A DNA stretch of 62,472 nucleotides from a virus (lineage: Duplodnaviria; Caudoviricetes), in IMG/VR virus record IMGVR_UViG_3300043466_001090, positions 1 through 62,472 of that record. One strand, 5' to 3'. The notes under the pieces were generated by a model. The model was not told the origin of the DNA and ran no database searches. It saw only the letters and a program-made list of their open reading frames with translations. Of the stretch, positions 21,601-30,138 are shown piece by piece; the stretch's first letter is position 1, and each line of letters opens with the position of its first letter. Both the position numbers and the translations under genes were made by a program.

Positions 21601-24175
21601 TTCTGAGATATTTGAAAAGATTAAAGCTAAAACAGCAACTGCTTCAGATAAGCTTAGACTTAATGAACTCACTGAAATAAAAAATCAGTTGGGTATTAAT
21701 AAAGCAATGCAGCTTGAGCTACAAGGTTTATACAGAGAGCTTTCAGACATCCAATCTAAAGAAGCTACTGATTACTATGTAGAACAATTAAACGAGTGGC
21801 TAACTCACATGGGTGAGAATCCTGTTGATAATGATACAGCTTCTTCAGTGTTGGCTCCTGAAAACTACACTTCACTTTTTAAGAAGAGTGCTGATTTTGA
21901 AAAATGGTTTAAAGAGAACCATGTTTTAAAAGAGGTTTACGATGAGAGTAAAGGAGAAAGTGTGCTTCTATACGAAAGACTTTTTATATGGAACCGTACC
22001 CGTCCAAATGATCCAAAACATTTCCAAAGCTACACTCTTCCTTCTGGAGAGGTTATACCAGGTGTTCCGACTCTTTCTTACTTTAGAAGAGTTGTTAAAG
22101 ATGAATATAAAACCAAGAAAGTTGTTGGTAAGAATATAGATAACCGTGGAAACTGGCTTCCAAAGTTACCTCAAGATGGAGCACCTACAGACTCACCATA
22201 CATAAATCAGGAATATTTTGATTTAAAAAAGAATGATCCAAAAGCTTTTGCTGTCTTAGAAAAGATGAAAGAGTACCATCTTAAGTGGCAAGAGAACATA
22301 CCTTTTGAGAGTAGACTTTATATGCAAGCTCCTAGATATAGAAGTATGGCATCTGAGAACTTAAAAGTTTCCAGACTTAAAGAAGTTAATCCTTTAAGAA
22401 GACTTTGGTTAAATATAAAAGATACTTTCTTTAAAGCTAATGATGACTATCAGGATGATTTAAACTTCAACCCTGCAAACTTAGTAAGTGCAAACATGTT
22501 TGATGAGGAAATTAGAAAAGTTCCTGTTACTGGTTTGTATGATTTAAAACCTGATGAGGTTAGTATGAACTTCTTAGATGGGATGATGTCTTATATGCAT
22601 GCTGGTTTAAAACAAAAAAAGCTTATAGAACTTAATCCATTTGCACAAGCTTTAAAATCTGTATTGGAAGATCCTTCCAATGCCGTTGTGGTAGAAAATA
22701 AGTTTGTAAAAAGCATCTATAAAAAGACAGGTAGAAAAGTTCCTATTAGAGAGCAGGGTCAATCTGTTAGAGCAAAAGCAATATCTAACTTTATTGATAG
22801 AGAGTTCTTGGGTATTAATGTAGCAGATATGACAAGGTCCATGCCTCTATTATGGAAACTAAAACGTCTTACATCTAGTATAGCAAGTACTTCTGCATTT
22901 GCTTTAGACATACCATCAGCTTTTAAAAATAGACAAGGTGCTATTGTACAAGGTTTAATAGAAGCAGGTGGAGGTAGATTTATGAGTGCTAACAGTTATC
23001 GTTTAGGAAAAATCAGAGCTTTTTCTATGATGAAAGAGATTAGCACACAGGTGTATGCTACAAAAAATAAATCTTTAGATGTTCAATTGGCTCAGATTTT
23101 TGATCCAGGTGAAGAGTTTCTAAGAAAATCTATAGAAACTCAATTTGGAAGATCTGTTTTTTCTGATGCTGCTAACCTTAGTATACTAACTAATCCTCGT
23201 AAGTTTTTACAGTTAGAGGCTACATTAGAAGTGATGTGTGGTATGCTCTATCACGTTAGGGTTCCACAAACTATAGATGGTCAAACAAGAGAGTTAGAGT
23301 ATATAAATGCTTTTGAAATTAAGAATGGTCAGATACAACTAAAACCAGGAATACCAGAAGAGTGGGCTCCAGGTGGTGCTAAGTTTAAAGAAATTAAAAA
23401 CAAAGTTCAAGAAGTTGGTAAAAGACTAGAGGGTACTTATTCAGATTTAGGAAGAGCAGAAATAGATAGATACTTCTTAGGTAGTCTCATGAAGTTTATG
23501 AAGAAGTATTTTACTTCTATGTTTATGAACTGGTTTGCTCCTAATAGAACAAGTGCTGCTTTGGGAACAGTTAGTTCTGGTAACTATGTTGCCTTCTTAA
23601 CGTTGATGGCTCAAATTCTTAGATATGGACCTAAAGCTTATATGTGGGCTAATGAAAGTGATGTAGCAGGATTTAGAAAAACTCTTATGCAGGTTGCTGT
23701 TGTTTCTTTCCACTACATGGCTCTGTCTTGGTTCTTTGATTATGATGATTCAGATGAAAACAGATTTGAAAAAATAAGAGCTCGTGAAAAGTCAAATCTA
23801 GACGATAGTATAAACTATTCAGGATGGGTGTTTAATCATTTATTACTTCTTACGTTAAATACATTAACGGAGACTGAAACTTGGACAAACCCTAAAACAT
23901 TTATAAACACTGTTTATGGTATACCTACTCCTGGTCCAATAATAGACTTGTCATTGAAAACTCCTTATAATCTTGTAGACCATAGTATTGGTATGGTAAC
24001 AGGAGATCCTTCTGATTTCTATAAACAAGATACAGGACCTTTCTGGTTTCAAAAAGAAGGTGCACCAAAAGCTATGAATGATTTAGCTAAGTTGTTTGGT
24101 GTAACAGGTAAAACGTTAAGTCCTGAAAAAGGTATTAAAGCTGCTGAAGCAGTAAGAGAAGGGGTGTTTAAATAA
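15638..24175 (+). CDS. Giant polyvalent virion cargo protein (2845 aa) with two zincin-like metallopeptidase modules
   Basis: HEFSHPF (~15986) and HEYSHPL (~19181), each followed by LYPE...EV(M/L) and L(T/S)(P/T)NTT(F/L); hydrophobic C-terminal segments; third giant gene of the crAss-like RNAP cluster. Confidence 0.75.
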   Translation: MLVCPNINTKEWKELEKALGQKEAFREYIRLNTGGIPSLVDVLPLNQVPFSKLEDDESVKTLKENTANDLIDFLNNKFPGVKGAVINDKKQKWKGKLVDGKTPTINLAYAEASDGFHEFSHPFLMALRKSNSETFNSLYNDLKESEEWNEISVRATERVNKLYPELRGNVNLDLYKEEVMATAIGYASELKLLTSKKKISSRLGRIIDNIFEWLNNFFSEISQKGFADRIKTNDLTPNTTFGEIIDMFTDTRSQIILDSDWNKAADNLRIADAMTGALTTNQELMSEQLMNDVSTEILTNKAFSLDEYINQWLAKTFKLPKKEFVPRKVKPSELAYNIASRMIESVQQKGFQLRGIDFKQVKTLPESFAVQKATIERLANIITPIELNYKFSNYLTNKKATSIALNQPLVTIKDVETKDKEGNVVIQPTPNIQISVAEAEAVIDFQNFIKDKFPGRKSIPADELNDEYLKWVTENYGINWTDATGVAGYGMNRIANAPYQNYTRVLFIDDYFDTSPRHNFTVNQTGDQGNGLGWYVRVEIGGDRFDHEFQSDILPEIEKDFKEGKYSESLPAGKLRPQNRRTQVENLAVSKITSMMQTSGDFLIARDNFLYDQITTVDEEIENSSPTLIEIEPQELQIYPELPFSKLDSYDPARLENSKKFLLAEVDVQIQLLKDSSRRLDTILGQKMFSKLYNLFLSRKNDEQKELFDWFKTFKTTDFSTSDQDSLPFSKIDNAPVEIFLGTYNEKSYYLTQESIDKFPSAFKKIYKIHLEWAQSNAPLKPKLPNDEMFWINTMANAFMNRLVDKQGNIKKNYGKNKADIQRTRDLIKDELKKSFNSYNFSKKQLKALEWRQIVYQDVNNIVHITEYYKGQFNRLYRFYNNIYESALPIAQEKITAKERDPNFARYKKYNDLYYKWFDIIVPQSINSAKAEGRPYYYLPTAMAMNAIEGNPAAEKVYWTPSDSLEEMKRGLNPILDIERYISQNTEETTAVMRQYLTSEMLARYTQETTPREIAEDLYDKTNFTNSDEFNKFLLTNSNTVTKPNGPFYNAVVRYARKNNIKLTFEKPVWSKETLIKVDLTGYTIKPIDRFSKIDVENVVSPSLNKEQVKKEQKKDAGQSIVNSVANRLSNNLGINFNVVTAEQARTLTEGTNNPWNGEKAFYLNGETYFLSEGFNTENVLHEYSHPLIDAVFATNKELFNRLYDMLSSSEEGRAIINDVTNLYPEVKSTDPLFRKEVLVRGLATEAQNKINGVTKSKDFSSFIDRVLFAIKQALRKVFGVKVKVEKLSTNTTLAELAKMLTSDQFEIDTEVISENDYVQYSRDLNELNELVESLDAVDSSDISLTIDRFYELVSNQIRQVMRNKNYSEARQILINEETKKGLLQEIKSTLEVTPEINEKLRELLDEQDIRKRNVKNFVHSVNRLEILAKAVLSHMQELSKKGDGVEVMNSIFYYDLLVRNWDKFLKETKIRLFDNGLDPDSSFGEMISSTSENIEKTKRLIRSSYVPGVFKVLKESLEPLSKDIDRVYSDQIKKAQDRNAPQSAIDRIQKKWDATKLTDERIMDLLLGEAGDTNPVSAFLEDYTNSPDPIVGGFAVFIKNAYTDVDVEALKNSNEFVREITPLLKEAGYSRTNFTSLMQKISFLDEMTYFNSKTGKLDTKKMWTFLNEFKNVDANLKKYQHDYEIAKENGDVAEADRILKEKRKHLKDYFHQEYTDEFYKREEVYDSLEKNKDLEDAVYKVLGVNKSKANAAQRAEAAALYDKSAKEAYRRKYLIINEIKELDGLNYIENNYDQVAEQKTLLWRRYSQIASLRDINGQPKFGEELLIALIEKKYRKVSNDIFEWKPITGQFEFSLSMYEQSLIDAGIPKDSIEFDEKRKKWIKDNTVIKYTDNFYKDRNEILSKLRRLLDEIRKINPNLVERIDSTEEVEEMLDLSLGFRDQNGQIMGNDISDASKERFKQLQEIIIKKKESYAGFSGLTASESRELSEIFEKIKAKTATASDKLRLNELTEIKNQLGINKAMQLELQGLYRELSDIQSKEATDYYVEQLNEWLTHMGENPVDNDTASSVLAPENYTSLFKKSADFEKWFKENHVLKEVYDESKGESVLLYERLFIWNRTRPNDPKHFQSYTLPSGEVIPGVPTLSYFRRVVKDEYKTKKVVGKNIDNRGNWLPKLPQDGAPTDSPYINQEYFDLKKNDPKAFAVLEKMKEYHLKWQENIPFESRLYMQAPRYRSMASENLKVSRLKEVNPLRRLWLNIKDTFFKANDDYQDDLNFNPANLVSANMFDEEIRKVPVTGLYDLKPDEVSMNFLDGMMSYMHAGLKQKKLIELNPFAQALKSVLEDPSNAVVVENKFVKSIYKKTGRKVPIREQGQSVRAKAISNFIDREFLGINVADMTRSMPLLWKLKRLTSSIASTSAFALDIPSAFKNRQGAIVQGLIEAGGGRFMSANSYRLGKIRAFSMMKEISTQVYATKNKSLDVQLAQIFDPGEEFLRKSIETQFGRSVFSDAANLSILTNPRKFLQLEATLEVMCGMLYHVRVPQTIDGQTRELEYINAFEIKNGQIQLKPGIPEEWAPGGAKFKEIKNKVQEVGKRLEGTYSDLGRAEIDRYFLGSLMKFMKKYFTSMFMNWFAPNRTSAALGTVSSGNYVAFLTLMAQILRYGPKAYMWANESDVAGFRKTLMQVAVVSFHYMALSWFFDYDDSDENRFEKIRAREKSNLDDSINYSGWVFNHLLLLTLNTLTETETWTNPKTFINTVYGIPTPGPIIDLSLKTPYNLVDHSIGMVTGDPSDFYKQDTGPFWFQKEGAPKAMNDLAKLFGVTGKTLSPEKGIKAAEAVREGVFK

Positions 24176-24188
24176 CACCCCTTTTTTA
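24159..24188. terminator. Intrinsic terminator at the convergence of the structural (+) and replication (-) blocks
   Basis: aaggggtgtt-taaat-aacacccctt perfect stem followed by a T run; overlaps the stop codon at 24175. Confidence 0.8.
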
Positions 24189-24350
24189 TTTCTGATACTT
24201 TACAAAGTCAAAGTTTATAAATATAAACCCTATTCTAAATCTTATAAACTCAATCCATTCACCATCTTTTTTCTGATAGTCTCCCTGGTCTATCATTACA
24301 CCTAGTAATGATTCTGCTTTATTAAAAAGTCTAATTTCAAATTCAAACAT
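24186..24350 (-). CDS. Small hypothetical protein (54 aa; not in ORF track)
   Basis: ATG at 24350, MFEFEIRLFNK...FVKYQK*; fills the gap between 24356 and the terminator. Confidence 0.55.
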   Translation of the reverse strand: MFEFEIRLFNKAESLLGVMIDQGDYQKKDGEWIEFIRFRIGFIFINFDFVKYQK

Positions 24351-24355
24351 AGTTT

Positions 24356-24577
24356 CTATTTTTTAGATGATGCCACTCTTATGGCAATTTCTTTATTAAA
24401 TCTCTGACAGAATCTTCTTGTCTTAGTTTTTGCTGCTAAACTAATAACCTTATAGGTCAACCCAAGCTTTGAAGAAGCTTCTTTGTATGTATTATAAGTA
24501 GCTATTAACTCTTTCTTTTCAGGGTCATATACTTTAACACATACATCTTCGTGTCCAAAAAGATTTAGTGGATTCAT
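24356..24577 (-). CDS. Small NUMOD1-like HTH DNA-binding protein
   Basis: VKVYDPEKKELIATYNTYKEASSKLGL resembles the NUMOD1 pattern. Confidence 0.55.
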   Translation of the reverse strand: MNPLNLFGHEDVCVKVYDPEKKELIATYNTYKEASSKLGLTYKVISLAAKTKTRRFCQRFNKEIAIRVASSKK

Positions 24578-24578
24578 A

Positions 24579-25022
24579 TTACTTCTTAGTTTTAGTTTCT
24601 ATAATAAAGGGATGCTTCATTAGGAAGCAGTCTTCCACCCATCCCATGTGTTTCTTAAATCCATTTAGGAAGTTCTGTATATTAGAAGCTCCTACGGGAT
24701 TATGACTATGTACACAACACTGTTTTAACTTTACATCCATCTTCTGGCAGTATTCTACTAAGAAATTAGCACAATCCATACCTGTCTTCTCTTTATAAGA
24801 AGTGTAGTCTGGTTGTTGATATCCATTAGCAGCCACTTGATTGTAGTAGTCATTCATGTGTTCATCGGCTAAGTCATGATCAAAACTAATTAAATCAGGA
24901 ACTCCGTTTTCTATAATCCACTTACAGAACTCATCGTAGTTTCTCACTACAAACCAGGGATGATAACCTGGGATAGTTTCTGTAGGTGTGCGTTGATCAT
25001 CTAAATAAAGAGCTTTTTTCAT
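24579..25022 (-). CDS. Stand-alone cyclic-phosphate-processing receiver (cREC)-like protein
   Basis: LYLDDQRTP, ISFDHDL, TGMDCA and VHSHNPVG motifs. Confidence 0.75.
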   Translation of the reverse strand: MKKALYLDDQRTPTETIPGYHPWFVVRNYDEFCKWIIENGVPDLISFDHDLADEHMNDYYNQVAANGYQQPDYTSYKEKTGMDCANFLVEYCQKMDVKLKQCCVHSHNPVGASNIQNFLNGFKKHMGWVEDCFLMKHPFIIETKTKK

Positions 25023-25556
25023 TTAAAAGTTTTTATGCATTAAAGACTCTTGTACACCTGTTTGGTTATGATATTTACTACCAGCTTTCTTATCATAGCT
25101 TTCCAAGATTTCACCTTCCACTCTTGCAAATTCTATTTGACAAATCTTCATGTTAGGATAGATGCGTATTTCTCTAGTGGCTACTAGTTCTAATACCAAG
25201 CTACCTTCAAAACCTGTGTCAATAAAACCTGCTGTTACGTGGATGAATAATCCTAGTCTTCCTAAAGAACTTTTACCTTCCACCTTAGCACGGATGTTTT
25301 TCTTTACGCCTATTCTTTCATTACAAGCATATAGATAAACTTGTTTAGGTTTAAGGATGAAGCCCTCTTCAGGAATTTGGAATTCCCAAAACTTATTTGG
25401 TTTACGAACATCTAGTACGCCGGGTTCATAAACTTTAAAGTCTGGGTGTAGCGTGAGGTCTACACTGTTAGGGTTTAAGTGATCTCTGTTAAACGGATCT
25501 ATGATAATGTTTCCGTTTTCCATCTCTTGCAAAATTGTCTTGTCTGATAAAATCAT
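25023..25556 (-). CDS. dcd: dCTP deaminase
   Basis: MILSDKTI, NPNSVDLTL, EGKSSLGRLGL, TAGFIDTGFEGSLVLEL, ICQI and KYHNQ motifs. Confidence 0.9.
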   Translation of the reverse strand: MILSDKTILQEMENGNIIIDPFNRDHLNPNSVDLTLHPDFKVYEPGVLDVRKPNKFWEFQIPEEGFILKPKQVYLYACNERIGVKKNIRAKVEGKSSLGRLGLFIHVTAGFIDTGFEGSLVLELVATREIRIYPNMKICQIEFARVEGEILESYDKKAGSKYHNQTGVQESLMHKNF

Positions 25557-25558
25557 AA

Positions 25559-26410
25559 CTAAAAAATGTATCTAATGTTTAAAGGGTTGAAATATTCCAT
25601 GTAAAGTTCAGTGAACTGCTTAACCATATTACTTTTGAGCTTATACATATAACGTATGTTATCAGGGGCATACTGAGAGTCTTTACACTCTTGTATGTCA
25701 GGTCTCCATAGTAGCTCATTAACTTGTTCATCATTACGCTCATATTGAATTTTGTTGTAAGTTAAGAAGATACATTCACATTTTACGTCTATATCTTTAG
25801 CTTTTAACTCTTCAAAAAGTTTTTTGTATTCATCTAACCATCCTCCTACATACACTATAGGAGAGAAGTTGATGTGTACTTCCATCTTCTCTTGAAGCTT
25901 TGGTATACAGTCTATTCTATCTGATATCTTATCTGTATTAGGTTCTAGTATGTCTGAGAAAATCTGAGGCATCAGACTCACTCTTATTCTGTGTTTACCT
26001 GGAACTAATTCATACTCATCTATAGGAAATTTAGTGGGGTACTTGGTTGCAAATGTACTTTTTGCTTTACCACTGTAGTTAAAGAAATCAAATACACTTT
26101 GCCAGTTATAATGCTTAGACATAAGTGCTACATCTGTACTACAGCCTATATCTATTGTATAACGTTCAGGATCGCATTGATTAGGAACTTTGGGCCATGG
26201 TTGGTAAGCTACCCACTTGTCTATAGAATGAAAAATATCTTCTATATTCTCATTTATATATACCTTGTCATCGTTGTATCTTCCTACATAACAATAGGAC
26301 TTCATACAACCTCCTAAACATCCGTAGATAAAATTGGGAGAAATGGCATCAGCACTTCTCCCATTATCTCTGGTATGTAGGGTTTTAGTTTTCTGTTTTA
26401 TTATTTTCAT
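25559..26410 (-). CDS. Spore photoproduct lyase (SplB)-like radical SAM protein
   Basis: SADAISPNFIYGCLGGCMKSYCYV, DIGCSTD, FATKY, RIRVSLMPQ, VHINFSPIV and IRY motifs. Confidence 0.8.
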   Translation of the reverse strand: MKIIKQKTKTLHTRDNGRSADAISPNFIYGCLGGCMKSYCYVGRYNDDKVYINENIEDIFHSIDKWVAYQPWPKVPNQCDPERYTIDIGCSTDVALMSKHYNWQSVFDFFNYSGKAKSTFATKYPTKFPIDEYELVPGKHRIRVSLMPQIFSDILEPNTDKISDRIDCIPKLQEKMEVHINFSPIVYVGGWLDEYKKLFEELKAKDIDVKCECIFLTYNKIQYERNDEQVNELLWRPDIQECKDSQYAPDNIRYMYKLKSNMVKQFTELYMEYFNPLNIRYIF

Positions 26411-26558
26411 GATATCTTTCTTTTAGGAAGATGTACCTTCTAGATTCAAAGTCTACTGCTATAAGTTTCCAACCTTCCTCACCTATTTCGTTTAGACTAT
26501 TTTCTAGTAGGTTTGCTCCCATTGCAAGAGTTACCACTTTATAATCATATCTAGGCAT
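26385..26558 (-). CDS. Small DUF4177-like protein (57 aa; not in ORF track)
   Basis: MPRYDYKVV...LNEIGEEGWKLIAVD...YIFLK; start coupled to the upstream stop (TAATG). Confidence 0.65.
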   Translation of the reverse strand: MPRYDYKVVTLAMGANLLENSLNEIGEEGWKLIAVDFESRRYIFLKERYHENNKTEN

Positions 26559-27235
26559 TACAAAAGTTTTTCGTGTTTAAGAATATTTTCAACTGTTGTT
26601 TTTAAAGAAAATAAATCAGAGACATTTGCTATTCTATAGTCAAAGTTCCATTTGTCTAAAGAAGTTTCACTAGGGTGAGCATTTACAGGTTTACATCCTG
26701 GTCTATCTATACGAATAATTATACCACCTTTTTCTTTTATAGCTGTTGCTTCATTAGAAAAACGTGTATCAGTGATAATCCAGTTATCACAATCCCACCC
26801 TTGTGGAGCTCTATCTGCGGGAACACATTCATAGTCAGCCATGAGAGCATTAACCCATACGTTAGTATGTAATCCGTTTCTCATAGCATCTGTACCAAGC
26901 TTTTGTAGAAAATCTCTTACCGTCATAGGTTGTAAGCCTTCGTCACAAGGTGTCCACCATTCTGCAGGAAGAGGTGTTCTTTTAAAGTCTTGATCTTCAA
27001 ATAGTTCTTCATCTATACCAAGTATATGAGCAGCAATTTCTTTAAGCTTATCTGCAAACTTTCTAATTTCCCAATTAGAAGACTCTTCCAACACCCAGTC
27101 GTATTCTTCTGGTTCGTTAACAGCATCTTCTATAGAGAATGCAAATGGATCTTTTTTACCACCCATTAAATATTGGATGATTTTTCCTACTGTGTCTTTA
27201 CCAGAACCTGCGTATCCTGATACTCCGATGATCAT
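26558..27235 (-). CDS. Deoxynucleoside monophosphate kinase (T4 gp1-like)
   Basis: IIGVSGYAGSGKDT P-loop, FADKLK, RDFLQKLGTD, IITDTRF, HPSE. Confidence 0.88.
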   Translation of the reverse strand: MIIGVSGYAGSGKDTVGKIIQYLMGGKKDPFAFSIEDAVNEPEEYDWVLEESSNWEIRKFADKLKEIAAHILGIDEELFEDQDFKRTPLPAEWWTPCDEGLQPMTVRDFLQKLGTDAMRNGLHTNVWVNALMADYECVPADRAPQGWDCDNWIITDTRFSNEATAIKEKGGIIIRIDRPGCKPVNAHPSETSLDKWNFDYRIANVSDLFSLKTTVENILKHEKLL

Positions 27236-27290
27236 TTTGTGGGTTTTTTAGTAAGTGATATGAAACAAAAAATAATGTGTTTAATCCAAC

Positions 27291-27298
27291 CAAAGATA
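27291..27298 (-). promoter_or_regulatory. Possible Bacteroidota sigma-A -7 element (TATCTTTG)
   Basis: Matches TAnnTTTG between a terminator and the dNMP kinase start; no clear -33 TTTG at the canonical spacing. Confidence 0.4.
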
Positions 27299-27331
27299 GT
27301 GTTTTTTCTTTTATAGTTTTTCATAACAAAT

Positions 27332-27361
27332 AAAAAAAGGGGGAAGATTTTCTCTTCCCCC
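27332..27361 (-). terminator. Intrinsic terminator
   Basis: gggggaaga/tcttccccc stem with an A7 tract on + (U tract on -), just after the stop at 27369. Confidence 0.8.
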
Positions 27362-27368
27362 GTGATTA

Positions 27369-28178
27369 TTATAAAAAGGTTACACCAAATTCTTCTTGCT
27401 CAGTGACAGGATTATCTATATCAAAATCTGAACCAGTAGTTTGAACAGTCTGTACTGGAGTGATAACACCGTTATACTTTACAAAGTAGTCATGAAGTTT
27501 CTCATGATCACTCATGTATGTACTAGGGTGAGATTCTTTTAGAGCAAGTGTAATATGATTGTACATAGCCCAAGCTGAATCAGTGTGGCAGTTGTAAGTG
27601 TGACTAGGTTTATCCATTTCACGCTTAACTATACCCACTTGTGTCAGTGTAAGGATTTCGTCTTGAGCAAACAGCTCACCCAGAATTCTACCCTTTTCTC
27701 TAGGAGTGAGGATTACATTCTTAAGTGTAGTTTTATCTTGCAAGAGTCTATCGTAGTGTTCTCTAGCTGCGTGCACCTGATTTTTAATTTGACCCACTAC
27801 ATCTTGAAGAGCTGTACCAGAATGCTTACGAGAATAGCTTCCCATGTCTCCACGTAGTACACCATTCATACATACAAATACATGAGCTCCAATGCCACAC
27901 TTAAATCTCATAGTTTTATTGTAACTATTAGACCAAGCAAACATCATACCCATGTCTGGATCATTTCCATAATCAAGATGATATACACCTTGAGCTATAT
28001 TACCTTCATTGCTGAGCTTGTAACACTCATTCTTAATAGTAAACCCTGCTGCTTTTAATTCATTCTTTACATTGTCTATAACATCACCGTGTGGTACCAC
28101 GGCATAACGTCCACCATGGTTAGGCAGACTTACACTTCTTACTTGATTTTCTGTGTAATAAGGAACTTTAGGAGGCAT
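27369..28178 (-). CDS. DUF932-like protein
   Basis: Y..VPH...I, NSYNKT, GAHVFVCMNG, RKHSG and WAMYNHIT patterns. Confidence 0.65.
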   Translation of the reverse strand: MPPKVPYYTENQVRSVSLPNHGGRYAVVPHGDVIDNVKNELKAAGFTIKNECYKLSNEGNIAQGVYHLDYGNDPDMGMMFAWSNSYNKTMRFKCGIGAHVFVCMNGVLRGDMGSYSRKHSGTALQDVVGQIKNQVHAAREHYDRLLQDKTTLKNVILTPREKGRILGELFAQDEILTLTQVGIVKREMDKPSHTYNCHTDSAWAMYNHITLALKESHPSTYMSDHEKLHDYFVKYNGVITPVQTVQTTGSDFDIDNPVTEQEEFGVTFL

Positions 28179-28200
28179 ACGTGTTGGTTTTAATTTAGTT

Positions 28201-30138
28201 TTAAAATAATGAAAGCTGTGTTACTTTTTTGAAGGATACAGCTTGAATTCCTTCTATCTCTTTATAGATCTCTTCTAAATAATATCTTTTGTTTATATCA
28301 TAACTATCGAATGGTTTAGTAGCATCTAATTTGTTCACTGTTGTTTGCAGCCACTCACCAGATTCTACCTGGATCTCTCTTCCATCGTTATGACATTTCA
28401 CAAGCTTACTCCCATTACTAGATACATAATATCTAATTATTTTCTGTAGTTTGTTGTTAATAAGTTCTCCGTTAACTATTCTTCTTTCTTCAAAGTGCCA
28501 ACCACCCTTGGCTTTGACACCACCACAATAGTCTACTATGTCTTGGTTCTGATCTAGAAAGTCTTCAGGCTTAGTACCATGTACAAAATAAGCATAGATG
28601 GCTTTTGGTATAATAAGAAAAGACTTGTTCTTATGGAATGTAGCCACTTTCTTTTTAGCTAAGTCTTCCCATTCAAACGCACCTTTACATTTTACTTTAC
28701 CTCCTTTAGTGATAGCCATGTAGTTATTGACATCACGGATTATCATCTTACTATATTGGTCATGCTCTAGGGCTAGCTGTGTAAGCTTTTCCCATTCACC
28801 ACAAACTTTCATATAGTCATCCACTCTACTATCTGGTATCATCATCTCTAGACCATCTGTGTTCAACATAAGAGGTTGACACTCTGGAATAGCCAAACTT
28901 AACATCTCTGCAAGTTTTGATAATAGTAGCTGACCATTAATAGTAATCTGCATAGTCATTCTAGGATCATATAGGAAACTATTCTCGTCACCTGTTAATC
29001 CATATGTACTATTCAGGATAATCTTGTATACATAGTTCTTTGGGTCTGTCTTAGGAATCTTCTTTCTCTCTTCGAAGAACCACTCATACAGCTGATTAAA
29101 CTCTTTAGCTGGTAGATGCTCTGGATGAAAACCATTCTTGATAGCTAGATTAGGATAAAAACTAGTAACATCAGACGTCATTATTGTCCATCCTGGTTTA
29201 GCTTCATACACACCTGCTGATGTGGCACCATGGATACCACCTAAACCGTAGTCAGTCTTCACTCCCTTAAAGTTCATGCTATATTTAAATCCGTCTTTGG
29301 TAGATGTAATCACCTTAGTACGGAAATAGTCTAGCACTTTATTAAACTCAGGAGTTTTAAACTCCACATACGGTAGAATGCAATCTGCTAGTACAATATA
29401 ATCTCGTTTGGTTCTAAGCGTTTTAATATGAGCTTTGTCCCAACCAAGACGTTCTTGTAGAAAATAAAGAAATAGTTCTTTGGATATTCTAGGCTCAGAT
29501 GCTGAATATAAATCTATACCATATTCTTTAGTAAGTGTCTGCCTAAGTGCTATTTGTTCTTTAGAGTGATGAAGTATTTCTTTAGTTGAGAGTACGTCAT
29601 TAATACAATAGTCAATAACATCTTGTAATTGATTAGAATCTGTTATAGGTTGATAATGTGGATGAGGCATCTCTTCTACATTTCCCCAGTCCATGGAATA
29701 CTGTATCCACTTCAGGCTGCTCATCTTAGCTTTATTATCCCAATGATTAAGCTTAAACAAGTCTATCTGTTTAATCTTAAGCTTATAAGGAGCATAATCT
29801 AAGAAGACTCCCTTGTTGGATTTATCTATAACAGATTGTGCATAAGAATAAATATACTTAACTATATTTTCTATAGACTCTCTTAATAGATAAGTTTGAT
29901 TTTCATAGATCTTTTGTGTAATCTGAGCATCAAAGTTTAATCCATTAAAAGATATGTGCCATTCTTTCTTTGCAACACATGTGTTTAGAAACTTAACAAA
30001 CTCTGGAAAGTCATTTCTCTGTTCGCAAACAACGAACACTCTTTTTATATTTGGATCTTTATAGTGTTGAAATACTGCTATGAAACAATTACAGATAGTT
30101 TCATAGTCCATGATCCAGTGAGCTTTTTCTTCTTGCAT
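28201..30138 (-). CDS. Family B DNA polymerase
   Basis: ExoI DYET, FNGLNFD, motif A DVTSFYPN, motif B KIILNSTYG, motif C NTDG, DVNNY, KGAF. Confidence 0.93.
   Translation of the reverse strand: MQEEKAHWIMDYETICNCFIAVFQHYKDPNIKRVFVVCEQRNDFPEFVKFLNTCVAKKEWHISFNGLNFDAQITQKIYENQTYLLRESIENIVKYIYSYAQSVIDKSNKGVFLDYAPYKLKIKQIDLFKLNHWDNKAKMSSLKWIQYSMDWGNVEEMPHPHYQPITDSNQLQDVIDYCINDVLSTKEILHHSKEQIALRQTLTKEYGIDLYSASEPRISKELFLYFLQERLGWDKAHIKTLRTKRDYIVLADCILPYVEFKTPEFNKVLDYFRTKVITSTKDGFKYSMNFKGVKTDYGLGGIHGATSAGVYEAKPGWTIMTSDVTSFYPNLAIKNGFHPEHLPAKEFNQLYEWFFEERKKIPKTDPKNYVYKIILNSTYGLTGDENSFLYDPRMTMQITINGQLLLSKLAEMLSLAIPECQPLMLNTDGLEMMIPDSRVDDYMKVCGEWEKLTQLALEHDQYSKMIIRDVNNYMAITKGGKVKCKGAFEWEDLAKKKVATFHKNKSFLIIPKAIYAYFVHGTKPEDFLDQNQDIVDYCGGVKAKGGWHFEERRIVNGELINNKLQKIIRYYVSSNGSKLVKCHNDGREIQVESGEWLQTTVNKLDATKPFDSYDINKRYYLEEIYKEIEGIQAVSFKKVTQLSLF

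Noticed and set aside
392-22139. Many short antisense or alternate-frame ORFs inside the giant genes (e.g. 392-577, 3660-3905, 4663-4992, 5655-6008, 11740-11925, 21942-22139)
   Set aside because: Fully nested in long, motif-bearing ORFs, with the F/S/L/I-rich composition typical of shadow frames in AT-rich DNA
6243-30138. Inteins or self-splicing introns in the RNAP or DNA polymerase
   Set aside because: No C...HN/(C/S/T) intein ends or LAGLIDADG motifs were seen and the catalytic motifs are contiguous; the terminal Cys lack split-intein context
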